Origin: Lachnospiraceae bacterium
GTDB lineage: Bacteria; Bacillota; Clostridia; Lachnospirales; Lachnospiraceae
Reading direction: 5' to 3'
Length of the DNA stretch: 64,000 bases
Assembly (NCBI GenBank): GCA_017624495.1
Contig: JAGAMY010000005.1
Span: forward strand, 6,433 to 70,432
In this document: piece by piece, positions 9,741 to 19,373 of the stretch
Position numbering within the stretch: the first letter of the stretch is position 1
Layout of the letters: every line of letters begins with the position of its first letter
Made by a program: the position numbers and the translations under genes
The notes under the pieces: model-generated
Database searches by the model: none
What the model was told of the DNA's origin: nothing
The model's input: the letters and a program-made list of their open reading frames with translations, nothing else

Positions 9741-12700
9741 ATGAAATATTTAAAAAAGTTTGTATGGGCAGTATTAGCATTTAATATAGGGCTTCTTGCC
9801 TTTGTGGCACTGGCATTTCAGGTGGATGATATGACTTTGTCTAAGGGAGAAATCTATGATTTTAATCAAAACTGGGTACTGTACAGGGAAAATGGTGAAA
9901 GCACAGCCATTGAAGAATTGCCGTATCTGGGTGAAAGCAGTGCAGGAGACAGGATTATTGTGGAAAATACCATTCCTAAAGAATATTTTGGTATGACAAT
10001 GTCTTTTTTATCTGCGGATAAGACATTAAAAGTCTTTTTTGATGGAGAATGTGTCTATACTTTTGGTATGGAAGATAAAAGAAGTTTTGGACATACACCG
10101 GGAAGTGTAGTAAATTTTGTGGATATTCCATATAATCTGACCGAGGGAAAAGTTCGCATGGAAATGTGTTCGCCCTATGATGACTATGCGTCAAGAATCA
10201 GTGCTGTTACGATAGGCAGAAGAGATGTGCTGATATTACAGCTTTTGCAGAAAAATCTTTTTAATATTGGCTGTAATATGTTGATTTTAATTTGTGCGGT
10301 CATGTTTTTTCTGCTGTTTATTATTCAAAAGGTTTCAAAGCAAAAAACTGCAGGTGTACAGTATTTGTGTGGATATTGTATTGTAACATCCCTGTATTAT
10401 TTTGTGGAAACTAAAATGATGCACATATTTTATGGAAACCAGACTTTTTATTCCGTATTGGTTTTTGTATGCATTATGATGATTCCGCTGTTTGTAAGTT
10501 TGTATTATGCAAATGGTGTGCTTGGCATTTATAAAAAACGCTGGAAGATTCTGCTGGGACTTATTTATGCAAATATTGTTCTACAGATGCTGCTGCAGTT
10601 ATCAGGTCTTGTGGATTTTATGAATATGGCATGTATTTCCCACGCCTTGATTATGTTTACTGTGTTAGTGGGTATGAAATCCTATTTGGATATTTTAAAG
10701 AAAAAGAAGGATTTGCAGATTCGCCTTGGCATGGCAGCTCTTTTGTTTATGGGTGGCGGTGGCGCAATCGATATTGTGCGTATGTACATGGTGGCTGTTG
10801 GAGATATGGGTAAGTTCAGCCGTTTGGGCACGACCTGTTTTAGTCTGCTTATGTTATACCAGCATATGAACCAGATTATCAGAGGGTATACCAATAATAT
10901 AGAAGAAAATGCAAGGCTTTTGCAGCATGAAATGGAATATATGGAAAAGAAAAATGCCCAGTTGGAACGTGCGAATACCCTTGCGGAAGAAGCAAGACAG
11001 GAAGCGTTGGCAGCAAATGCTTCAAAGGGAAAGTTTCTGGCACATATGTCCCATGAAATTCGTACACCGATTAATGCAGTGCTTGGCATGGATACCATGA
11101 TTTTGCGGGAAACGACAGATATGCAGATTAAAGAGTATGCATTGGATATTCAAAATGCCGGGCAGACTTTGCTGGCACTGATTAATGACATTTTGGATTT
11201 TTCTAAGATTGAATCCGGTAAAATGGAGATTATTCAGGTAGAATATGATCTTAGCAGTATGATACATGATATTTCTAACATGATAAAGGCAAAAGCAGAA
11301 GCGAAAAAGCTGCAATTACATATTCATGTAGATGAAAAAATTCCGTCACGGCTTTTAGGAGATGATGTTCGTATACGGCAGGTACTGGTGAATCTTTTGA
11401 ATAATGCGGTAAAATATACCCCAAAAGGTACAGTAACTCTAAAAATAGATGGTAAAATCGAAGGAAGAAAAGCTATTTTGGATTTTTCTGTGGAGGATAC
11501 AGGAATTGGCATAAAAAAAGAGGATATTTCCAAGCTGTTTGAAGAGTTTGAGCGTATTGAAGAAAAACGAAACCGAAGTATTGAAGGAACCGGACTTGGC
11601 ATCAATATCACTACACAGCTCTTGCTTTTGATGGGAAGTAAAATGCAAGTGGAAAGTGTCTACGGCGAAGGTTCACGCTTTTATTTTACCTTAGAGCAGC
11701 AGATTGTGGATTCTGAACCGATAGGTAATTTGGAGGAGCGTATCAGAAAACAGACGTCGGAATATGACTATATGGCTGCTTTTACAGCACCTGAGGCAAA
11801 AATTCTGGTGGTGGATGATAATATTACCAATTTGAAGGTATTTGTAAGTTTGTTAAAGCGTACAAAGGTAAATGTGGATGTGGTAGATGGCGGAAAAGAT
11901 GCGTTGAAGATGGCGGCGGAAAAACATTATGATTTGATTTTCTTAGACCATATGATGCCGGAAATGGACGGCATAGAAACCCTGCATCGGTTGCTGGGGT
12001 TGGAAAACAGCCAGTGTATCGGTACTCCGGTCATTGCATTGACGGCAAATGCCATAACAGGTGCAAAGGAGATGTATTTAGCGGAAGGGTTTGATGCATT
12101 TTTACCAAAACCGATTAATCCGGAGAAGTTAGAACAACTCATTCTGCGATTACTGCCAAGGGATTTACTGCAGTTTGCGATAGAAGAAGAGGAAGCAAAA
12201 GTGCCGGTACAGACCATTATACCACAGGCAGAAGATAATGAACTTCCATTAGTGGATGGTATTGACTGGAGTTATGGATTTATGCATCTGCCAGATAAAG
12301 AGCTGCTTTTAGATACCATAAAGGATTTTTATAAGGCGGTTGAAGCAGAAGCGGATACATTAGACAAGTTTTATGTGGATTGTAAAAATGATGCAGAAAG
12401 TTTAAGACAGTATAAAATAAAAGTACATTCCATGAAAAGTTCTGCGAATATGATAGGTGCAACTGTGCTTGGCGGAATGGCAAAGGTACTTGAGAATGCG
12501 GCAAAGGATGCCGATATAACTGTTATAGATGCTTTGCATACCATATTTTTAAAGGAATGGCGGAAAAGTAAGGATGCACTAAGAGAAATTGTAGGTGATA
12601 ATGTGATAAAAGCAGAAGTAACAGATAAACAGATGTTGTGTGATTGTCTGCAAAAGCTTATGGATGCCATGGAAGAACTGGATATGGATGTGATGGATAC

Positions 12701-12866
12701 AATTATGGAGCAGTTGAATGGTTTTTGTTATCCGCAGGATATACAGGCAGGTATGGAACGGCTGAGTGCATATGTCATAAATCTGGATTGTGCACAAGGG
12801 GCTGTACAGATACAACAACTTATAGAACAGATAAACGTAAATAAAGATTGGAGAGAAGACACATGA
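9741..12866 (+). CDS. Hybrid sensor histidine kinase (extracellular domain + multi-TM, HisKA, HATPase, receiver, Hpt)
   Basis: FLAHMSHEIRTP H-box, NLLNNAVKYT, DTGIG, GTGLG, LIFLDHMMP receiver, KVHSMKSSANMIGA Hpt. Confidence 0.92.
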   Translation: MKYLKKFVWAVLAFNIGLLAFVALAFQVDDMTLSKGEIYDFNQNWVLYRENGESTAIEELPYLGESSAGDRIIVENTIPKEYFGMTMSFLSADKTLKVFFDGECVYTFGMEDKRSFGHTPGSVVNFVDIPYNLTEGKVRMEMCSPYDDYASRISAVTIGRRDVLILQLLQKNLFNIGCNMLILICAVMFFLLFIIQKVSKQKTAGVQYLCGYCIVTSLYYFVETKMMHIFYGNQTFYSVLVFVCIMMIPLFVSLYYANGVLGIYKKRWKILLGLIYANIVLQMLLQLSGLVDFMNMACISHALIMFTVLVGMKSYLDILKKKKDLQIRLGMAALLFMGGGGAIDIVRMYMVAVGDMGKFSRLGTTCFSLLMLYQHMNQIIRGYTNNIEENARLLQHEMEYMEKKNAQLERANTLAEEARQEALAANASKGKFLAHMSHEIRTPINAVLGMDTMILRETTDMQIKEYALDIQNAGQTLLALINDILDFSKIESGKMEIIQVEYDLSSMIHDISNMIKAKAEAKKLQLHIHVDEKIPSRLLGDDVRIRQVLVNLLNNAVKYTPKGTVTLKIDGKIEGRKAILDFSVEDTGIGIKKEDISKLFEEFERIEEKRNRSIEGTGLGINITTQLLLLMGSKMQVESVYGEGSRFYFTLEQQIVDSEPIGNLEERIRKQTSEYDYMAAFTAPEAKILVVDDNITNLKVFVSLLKRTKVNVDVVDGGKDALKMAAEKHYDLIFLDHMMPEMDGIETLHRLLGLENSQCIGTPVIALTANAITGAKEMYLAEGFDAFLPKPINPEKLEQLILRLLPRDLLQFAIEEEEAKVPVQTIIPQAEDNELPLVDGIDWSYGFMHLPDKELLLDTIKDFYKAVEAEADTLDKFYVDCKNDAESLRQYKIKVHSMKSSANMIGATVLGGMAKVLENAAKDADITVIDALHTIFLKEWRKSKDALREIVGDNVIKAEVTDKQMLCDCLQKLMDAMEELDMDVMDTIMEQLNGFCYPQDIQAGMERLSAYVINLDCAQGAVQIQQLIEQINVNKDWREDT

Positions 12867-13639
12867 AAAAAATACTTTTAATAGGGGAATTAAATCAGAC
12901 ACTTAGCAGTGTAAACAGACATTTATCCATGAAATTTCAGACACAGGTGTGTGTAGATTCCTTTGAACTGGTAAAGGGAATGACTAAGGTTTTTGAGCCG
13001 GAGATGGTGGTTGTTTGCCTGGTTGGTGTCAATGATTTAAATAACAAAATTTTAGAATTTTTCTGGAAACAGTATCCTGAAATCCCGGTGCTTCTTATTG
13101 GCACAGCGGATGAGTGCGGATGTTATCAGAAATATTATGAAAGCGGACAGTTTGAATATATCGTCAGACCAACGACATTATCTAAGTTGATGAAGAAATG
13201 TTTAGAAATGCTGCAGATGATAGAGGTAGAACAGATAGTAGAAACTGAGCCGGATACCAGTGAGCAGGAAAGAAAGCGTATTCTTGTAGTGGATGACAGT
13301 GGAATCCTTCTTCGCAGCGTAAAGGCTATGTTAGATAAAAAGTATGATATTTCCGTTGCTACAGATGGGAAACTGGCACTAAAACAGGCAAAGAAAAATA
13401 AACCGGATTTGATTTTGTTAGATTATGAAATGCCGGAATGGGATGGAAAGAAAACGTTAGAAGAAATACGAAATGATGCAGAATTAAAGGATATTCCGGT
13501 GGTTTTTCTGACAGGTGTTGCTGATAAGGAGCATATTATTGCCGTACTTGATTTAAAACCGGCGGGTTATCTGTTAAAGCCAATAGAACAGCAAAGATTG
13601 ATTGATACTATCGAAAAAGTATTTTCAGGAACAGTATAA
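12863..13639 (+). CDS. Response regulator with degenerate N-terminal receiver and intact C-terminal receiver; no output domain
   Basis: ATGA overlap with kinase stop; C-terminal ILVVDD, LILLDYEMP, FLT and KP motifs; N-terminal domain lacks the phospho-acceptor Asp. Confidence 0.85.
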   Translation: MKKILLIGELNQTLSSVNRHLSMKFQTQVCVDSFELVKGMTKVFEPEMVVVCLVGVNDLNNKILEFFWKQYPEIPVLLIGTADECGCYQKYYESGQFEYIVRPTTLSKLMKKCLEMLQMIEVEQIVETEPDTSEQERKRILVVDDSGILLRSVKAMLDKKYDISVATDGKLALKQAKKNKPDLILLDYEMPEWDGKKTLEEIRNDAELKDIPVVFLTGVADKEHIIAVLDLKPAGYLLKPIEQQRLIDTIEKVFSGTV

Positions 13640-13644
13640 AGAAA

Positions 13645-13687
13645 AGGGCTGGCACTTATCAAAAAGTAAGATGCCAGCCCTAAATTT
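13645..13687. terminator. Bidirectional intrinsic terminator between convergent genes
   Basis: AGGGCTGGCA...TGCCAGCCCT stem with A-tract before and T-rich tail after. Confidence 0.75.
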
Positions 13688-13992
13688 TAGTCTAAATCAA
13701 ATTCTGCTTCGTCTAAAAGCTCGTCAAATCTTTCTTCAACAGCTTCGTATTCCTCGTCACTTTCGATGTTTTGCAAAGAAGGATTGCCTTCTTCGTCTTC
13801 GAAATAGCGGTAAATATAAACTGTACCTTCTTCGTTTTCTTCACCGTTTTCGTCTAAAGGAAGTAAAGCGATATAATCCTGATCATCAACATCAAAAATG
13901 GTTAAAATCTCACATTCAACCTGTGTGCCGTCGTCCATGTCTAAGGTTACGCAGATGTCTGCATCTTCCGGTAAAATTTCCTGATTGCCCAT
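13687..13992 (-). CDS. DUF1292-family small acidic protein
   Basis: VTLDMDDG..ECEIL..F.V...YIALLP, IESDEEYEAV; RBS AAGGAG upstream of ATG 13992. Confidence 0.85.
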   Translation of the reverse strand: MGNQEILPEDADICVTLDMDDGTQVECEILTIFDVDDQDYIALLPLDENGEENEEGTVYIYRYFEDEEGNPSLQNIESDEEYEAVEERFDELLDEAEFDLD

Positions 13993-14026
13993 AAGAATCT
14001 CCTTTCGCAACTAAAATTATTGGTTC

Positions 14027-14102
14027 ATTATATAATAATTTGGACAGGTTCGTCAATAAGCGAAGAAAAAGATATACAAATGAACAAAAACAATGGTATA
14101 AT
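14027..14102. promoter_or_regulatory. Divergent sigma-A promoters (DUF1292 on minus strand, glgX-like on plus strand)
   Basis: Minus strand TTGACG-18bp-TATAAT (14056-14027); plus strand extended -10 TGgTATAAT (14094-14102). Confidence 0.5.
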
Positions 14103-14146
14103 AGGAAAAGTACTTGCTTAGTTTAGGATGAAAAGGTGGATAAACC

Positions 14147-16009
14147 ATGGAATGGAATGTAAAAAAAGGTGATTTTTCCCAGATGGGAGTGACAAAGGGC
14201 AAAGGATGGATAAATTTCTGTTTTGAAGGCAGAAAAGAGTCCGTTTGTAAAATCGTACTGTACAACAGGGAAAATCAGACCAAAGCAGTTGAAATACCGG
14301 TATCTGCTGAATATAGCAGAGGAAATTTCCGGGCGATACGGGTATATGAACTGGACATGGGAGTATATGACTACAATTTTGAAATTGATGGAAAAATTGT
14401 TCAGGATTTTTATGCAAAAAGAATTGTAGGAAGAGATATATGGGCAGATAAGGCCAGAGAACTGCCATTAGAGAATCATCTTACCTGTCGATATGAGGAA
14501 AGCAATTTTTCATGGCGCGGAGAAGAGGATATAGAGATAGCACGAAAAGATATGGTTTTATATAAACTGCATGTGCGTGGATTTACCAAAGGTCTGCCGG
14601 AGAGTACACCGGATAGAGGGACATTTAAAGCATTGATGAAAAAAATCCCATATTTAAAAGCATTGGGTATTACATCTGTGGAGCTCATGCCGGTATATGA
14701 GTTTGAAGAGCTTAACGCCAAAGTTGTGCAGGAAGTGCCGGAATATACGAAGTGGAAAAGTAAAAAGAAGGATAAAATTAAGAAACCGGAAAGAAAAACA
14801 GTGTATAAGACAAATTACTGGGGATATGGTTCTGGGATGTATTATGCACCAAAGAAATCCTATGCCGCAGGAGAAAATGCAGCACTGGAATTAAAAGAAT
14901 GTATTTTGCAGATGCACAAAAAGGGTATGGAATGTATTTTGGAAATGTATTTTTCAAAAGAAGTCCGTCAGGAGCAGATTTTGGATATTCTGCATTACTG
15001 GGTAAATGAGTATCATGTGGATGGATTCCATTTGCAGGGAGAGAATATTCCGGTGGAAATGCTGGTAAATGACCCCTATTTGGGCAGGACAAAGCTTTTT
15101 TATAAAGGTTTTCATGAAGATATTGTGGCAGAAGAGGAAAAAAATTATCCAAGAGCATTTGTGGATACGGATGAGTTTTTATATCCGGCAAGGAAGCTTT
15201 TAAACAGCATCAATGGAAATGTATGGGAGCTTGCCGACCAGATGAAAAAGCAGAATGACCGGATTGGATATGTGAATTATCTGGCAGATAACAATGGTTT
15301 TACCCTTGCAGATTTGTTTACTTATGAATATAAGCATAATGAGGCAAATGGTGAAAATAACTGCGATGGACCGGAGTGGAATTTTAGCAGTAACTGTGGT
15401 GTGGAAGGTGAAACCACCAGCCGTAATGTGCAAAAAGCCCGTGAACGCCGGATGAAAAATGCCATTGCCATGCTGTTTTTATCTCAAGGTGTACCAATGT
15501 TAATGGCAGGGGATGAGGATTGTAACTCCCAGCAGGGAAATAATAATGCGTATTGTCAGGATAATGCCATTGGCTGGAAAGACTGGAAACAGACAAAAGT
15601 TTCCAAAGAATTTTTAAAGTTTGTGAAAAAAATGGCAGAGTTTCGAAAAGAACATCCCGTTTTGCGTATGGAGCATCCGATGCAGATGGCTGATACAAAG
15701 GGATGTGGCTGTCCGGATTTGTCCTATCATGAAGAAAATGCATGGATTTCGTCTTCGCATATTAATCGCAGAGCCTTGGGAGTTTTATATTGTGGCAGAT
15801 ATGCCGGAGAAGAGGAAGATATTTATATAGGCTTTAATTTTTCTGATTTTGAGAAAAAACTTGCACTGCCGAAAGCAAAAAATAAAAAGAAATGGTATGT
15901 GTATATGGATACCGGCAGTAAAAATGCATTTTTAGCAGAGCCGGAAGAGATTGAAGAAAATGGCTATGTATTAGAAGCGCACAGTGTATGTATTATCATA
16001 GGGAAATAA
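14147..16009 (+). CDS. GH13 glycogen-debranching (GlgX/isoamylase)-like protein, probably catalytically inactive
   Basis: YKLHVRGFT, LGITSVELMPVYEF, NYWGY, KHNEANGENN.DG, SQGVPMLMAGDE, NNNAYCQDN; the catalytic motifs are altered (see findings). Confidence 0.85.
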   Translation: MEWNVKKGDFSQMGVTKGKGWINFCFEGRKESVCKIVLYNRENQTKAVEIPVSAEYSRGNFRAIRVYELDMGVYDYNFEIDGKIVQDFYAKRIVGRDIWADKARELPLENHLTCRYEESNFSWRGEEDIEIARKDMVLYKLHVRGFTKGLPESTPDRGTFKALMKKIPYLKALGITSVELMPVYEFEELNAKVVQEVPEYTKWKSKKKDKIKKPERKTVYKTNYWGYGSGMYYAPKKSYAAGENAALELKECILQMHKKGMECILEMYFSKEVRQEQILDILHYWVNEYHVDGFHLQGENIPVEMLVNDPYLGRTKLFYKGFHEDIVAEEEKNYPRAFVDTDEFLYPARKLLNSINGNVWELADQMKKQNDRIGYVNYLADNNGFTLADLFTYEYKHNEANGENNCDGPEWNFSSNCGVEGETTSRNVQKARERRMKNAIAMLFLSQGVPMLMAGDEDCNSQQGNNNAYCQDNAIGWKDWKQTKVSKEFLKFVKKMAEFRKEHPVLRMEHPMQMADTKGCGCPDLSYHEENAWISSSHINRRALGVLYCGRYAGEEEDIYIGFNFSDFEKKLALPKAKNKKKWYVYMDTGSKNAFLAEPEEIEENGYVLEAHSVCIIIGK

Positions 16010-16028
16010 AAGCAGGAGATGAATTGAC

Positions 16029-16574
16029 ATGAAAGCGTGGCAGCATTTAAAGACGATACTACGTCATAAAAATCTGGTACGAAAAGGATGTTTTAAAGTG
16101 GGCTTATACAGACAGGGATTATTTCATGATATGTCAAAATATAACCCGATAGAGTTTCTTGTGGGATGCAAATATTTTCAGGGAAACAAAAGTCCGAATA
16201 ATGCAGAACGTGAAGAAAAAGGATATTCTGCTGCATGGCTGCATCATAAGGGCAGAAATAAACATCATTTAGAGTACTGGATAGATTATTCGGCAGAAAA
16301 TAACGGCTTAATGGCTGGTATGCGTATGCCGGAAAAGTATGTGGTGGAAATGTTTATTGACAGGATTTCTGCTTCAAAGAATTATCAGAAGGAGCTATAC
16401 ACCAATAGAAGTCCTTTGGAATATTATGAGCATGGAAAAGAGCATTATATGATGCATAAAGAAACCCGTGCTTTATTGGAAAAGCTGTTGAATATGCTGG
16501 CTGAAGAAGGTGAAGAAGCAGTGTTTTCCTATATTCGTACAGATATATTAAAAAATAAGAGAAAGAAGGATTAA
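16029..16574 (+). CDS. DUF5662-like protein with HD-type His/Asp pattern
   Basis: HDMSKY, AWLHHKGRNKHHLEYW, EMFIDRISA. Confidence 0.7.
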   Translation: MKAWQHLKTILRHKNLVRKGCFKVGLYRQGLFHDMSKYNPIEFLVGCKYFQGNKSPNNAEREEKGYSAAWLHHKGRNKHHLEYWIDYSAENNGLMAGMRMPEKYVVEMFIDRISASKNYQKELYTNRSPLEYYEHGKEHYMMHKETRALLEKLLNMLAEEGEEAVFSYIRTDILKNKRKKD

Positions 16575-16577
16575 AAC

Positions 16578-17582
16578 ATGAGTAACGATAAAAAATTATT
16601 ATACAGCGGAATGCAGGCAACAGGAACATTAACCCTTGGGAATTATCTTGGAGCATTAAAAAACTGGGTGACTCTAAATGAAGAGTATGAATGTCTGTAT
16701 GGAGTTATGGATTTACATTCCTTAACCGTTCGACAGGTTCCGGCGGATTTTCGTAAAAATGCCCGCTCTTTGTATGCTTTATATGTGGCAGCAGGTTTAG
16801 ACCCGGAAAAAAACTGTATTTACTATCAGTCCCATGTATCCGGCCATGCGGAATTGAGCTGGATTTTAAGCTGTTTTACTTATATGGGTGAGTTAAATCG
16901 TATGACCCAGTTTAAGGATAAAGCGGCAAAACATGCAGATAATATCAATGCAGGGCTTTATACTTATCCTGTACTTATGGCAGCAGATATTTTATTATAT
17001 CAGGCGGATTTGGTGCCGGTAGGCGCTGACCAGAAACAGCATTTAGAGATTACCAGAGATATTGCACAGCGTTTTAACAGCATTTACGGTGATGTGTTTA
17101 CGATTCCTGAACCATATATCCCAAAAGCAGGTGCGAAAATCATGAGCTTGCAGGAACCGGAAAAGAAGATGTCTAAGTCGGATGAGAATGCCAATGCGAC
17201 CATAAAACTCTTAGATGACAGAGATACGATTATCCGTAAATTTAAACGTGCAGTGACAGATTCCGATACAGTTGTGCGTTATGCGGAAGAAAAGCCGGGT
17301 ATCAGCAATCTGATGGATATTTATAGCTGCGTAACAGGCAAGAGTAACGATGAAATTGAAAAGGAATTTGCCGGTAAAGGATATGGCGATTTTAAATTGG
17401 CAGTTGGTGAAGCTGTGGCGGATGAATTAGCTCCACTGCAGAAACGTTATGAAGAATTAATGGCAGACAAAGCATACTTGGATGCCATGATTAAAATGAA
17501 TGATGAAAAAGCACAGTATCTTGCTAATAAGACATTGCGTAAGGTACAGAAAAAAGTCGGATTAACAGAACGTATCCGTTAA
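16578..17582 (+). CDS. trpS: Tryptophan--tRNA ligase
   Basis: SGMQATG, TLGNYLGA, YPVLMAADILLY, VPVGADQKQH, KMSKS. Confidence 0.97.
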   Translation: MSNDKKLLYSGMQATGTLTLGNYLGALKNWVTLNEEYECLYGVMDLHSLTVRQVPADFRKNARSLYALYVAAGLDPEKNCIYYQSHVSGHAELSWILSCFTYMGELNRMTQFKDKAAKHADNINAGLYTYPVLMAADILLYQADLVPVGADQKQHLEITRDIAQRFNSIYGDVFTIPEPYIPKAGAKIMSLQEPEKKMSKSDENANATIKLLDDRDTIIRKFKRAVTDSDTVVRYAEEKPGISNLMDIYSCVTGKSNDEIEKEFAGKGYGDFKLAVGEAVADELAPLQKRYEELMADKAYLDAMIKMNDEKAQYLANKTLRKVQKKVGLTERIR

Positions 17583-18496
17583 TCCGGCAAAAGAATAAAA
17601 TCATCAGGTACCGGTGCTTCAAACGTCATTTTTTCTCCGTTAATCGGATGGGAAAAGGTTAAGTGCCATGCATGCAGTGCCTGACGGGTCATAAGCTGAT
17701 TGGCTGGGTTATAAAGAAAATCCCCAATCAGTGGATGACCGATATGTTTCATATGAACACGAATCTGATGGGTTCTTCCGGTTTCTAACAAAAAGGAAAC
17801 TAAGGAGAGCCCATTTTTACTGCCGGAACATTCCGGTGAATCTGCTGGCAGATATTTTAAACGTTTAAAGTGTGTAACAGCATGTTCGCCATTAGCAAAA
17901 TCGACTTTCCGTTCAATGACAGAACCTTCGGCACGCCCGATTGGAGCGCAGATTGTACCGGAATCCTCCACAAGACCTTCAGCAATGCCAAGGTATTCCC
18001 GATGGATTTTCCGGGCTTTCATATCATCACCTAAATGTCCGCTGCTTAACATGTGTTTTGCCACAACGGTAAGTCCGCTGGTATCCATATCCAGTCGATT
18101 GATGCAGCGGAATACCATAGGGGTATTTCTTTCTTCATTATAGGCAGCTAAAGCGTTTGCCAGTGTATTCTCGTAGTGGCTGATAGAAGGATGCGTAGGC
18201 ATCCCGGCAGCTTTGTTAATGACAAAAATATCATCATCTTCGTAAAGGATGTCTAAAGGTGCGGCGTTTGGCACAATATTTTCCGAACCCGCATCTTCAA
18301 TAAGGCATAGATGCAGAGTGTCTCCTGTATGCAAAATGCCATTTACATAGGTCCACACACCGTTTCGGTGAATCCCTTCCGGGGTCTTTTTTAATTCCTT
18401 TATCACATTTTTGGAATATCCATTGTTTTTTAGAAAGCGAAGAATGGATATTCCGTCCTCTTTATCTGTAATTGTATAGGTGAATTCCCGTTTCAC
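17579..18496 (-). CDS. RluA-family 23S rRNA pseudouridine synthase
   Basis: INKAAGMPTHP, NRLDMDTSG, LETGRTHQIRVH, GHPLIGD, QALHA. GTG start after GGAGG; the longer ORF-track start runs into sigK. Confidence 0.92.
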   Translation of the reverse strand: MKREFTYTITDKEDGISILRFLKNNGYSKNVIKELKKTPEGIHRNGVWTYVNGILHTGDTLHLCLIEDAGSENIVPNAAPLDILYEDDDIFVINKAAGMPTHPSISHYENTLANALAAYNEERNTPMVFRCINRLDMDTSGLTVVAKHMLSSGHLGDDMKARKIHREYLGIAEGLVEDSGTICAPIGRAEGSVIERKVDFANGEHAVTHFKRLKYLPADSPECSGSKNGLSLVSFLLETGRTHQIRVHMKHIGHPLIGDFLYNPANQLMTRQALHAWHLTFSHPINGEKMTFEAPVPDDFILLPD

Positions 18497-18585
18497 AGTA
18501 ACCTCCGAAGCCCAATGGGGCAAAATTATATTCTGCCTACGATTATAACGGAAAAAATAAAATATGAAAAGGAAAAGATGGAAAG

Positions 18586-18615
18586 GCACGAAGAACATGG
18601 ACTTTTCATAGGATA
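18586..18615 (+). promoter_or_regulatory. Putative sigma-K/sigma-E-type sporulation promoter of sigK
   Basis: GCACG-16bp-CATAGGATA matches the sigma-K consensus AC-N16/17-CATA---TA. Confidence 0.5.
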
Positions 18616-18642
18616 TATCAAGTAAGTTTTTGAGGTGTTGGC

Positions 18643-19260
18643 TTGAAAACTTTTTTATCCCCTCTGAATGAAGTGGAAGAAAAAGAGTGTTTAAAAAAAT
18701 ACAAAGAGGGAAGTCAGGAAGCAAAAAAAACATTGATTGAGCGAAATATGCGGCTGGTAGCACATATTTCCAAGAAGTACCAGAATGCTGAAGAAGATAT
18801 GGAGGATTTGATTTCCATAGGTACAATAGGGCTGATAAAAGCAGTTTCCACGTTTGAAGAAAATCACGGGAGCAAATTAGGCACATATGCAGCAAGATGT
18901 ATCGAAAATGAGCTATTGATGTATTTTCGGGCAAAGAAAAAAACTTCACGGGAAATTTCTTTATATGAACCCATTGGCACGGATAAAGAGGGTAATCAGA
19001 TTCAACTGGTAGATGTGGTGGAAGCAGAAGAAACGGATGTGGTGGAAATGTTGGAAATCAAGCGGCAGATTCTGCGATTATATGAGTTGTTGCCAAAGGT
19101 TTTAGACGAGAGAGAGAAAACCGTACTGTCTTTGCGTTATGGACTAAATAATCATAAACCTGTAACCCAGCGGGAAATCGCCAATCAGATGCACATATCA
19201 AGGTCTTATGTTTCACGCATTGAGAAAAAAGCACTGGAAAAATTGAAAAATAATTTTTAA
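18643..19260 (+). CDS. sigK: Mother-cell sporulation sigma factor SigK (no pro-sequence, uninterrupted)
   Basis: LIERNMRLVAHISKKY, DLISIGTIGLIKAV, TYAARCIENELLM, PIGTDKEGN, TQREIA..ISRSYVSRIEKKAL. TTG start with RBS GAGGTG. Confidence 0.88.
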   Translation: MKTFLSPLNEVEEKECLKKYKEGSQEAKKTLIERNMRLVAHISKKYQNAEEDMEDLISIGTIGLIKAVSTFEENHGSKLGTYAARCIENELLMYFRAKKKTSREISLYEPIGTDKEGNQIQLVDVVEAEETDVVEMLEIKRQILRLYELLPKVLDEREKTVLSLRYGLNNHKPVTQREIANQMHISRSYVSRIEKKALEKLKNNF

Positions 19261-19270
19261 AAGCTATTTT

Positions 19271-19309
19271 AAAAAGATGGAAATTATGATAGAATAATTC
19301 CATCTTTTT
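19271..19309 (+). terminator. Intrinsic terminator after sigK
   Basis: AAAAAGATGGAA...TTCCATCTTTTT inverted repeat. Confidence 0.7.
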
Positions 19310-19373
19310 ATTATATCTGAAAATCACAACAGTTTTTCGCTGAATAATCCCTTTTAAAATAAAGGAGTGTAAA

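Noticed and set aside
18497-18949. 150-aa N-terminal extension of the RluA ORF in the ORF track
   Set aside because: It overlaps sigK on the opposite strand and looks non-protein-like. A GTG with a GGAGG RBS at 18496 gives a normal-length RluA.
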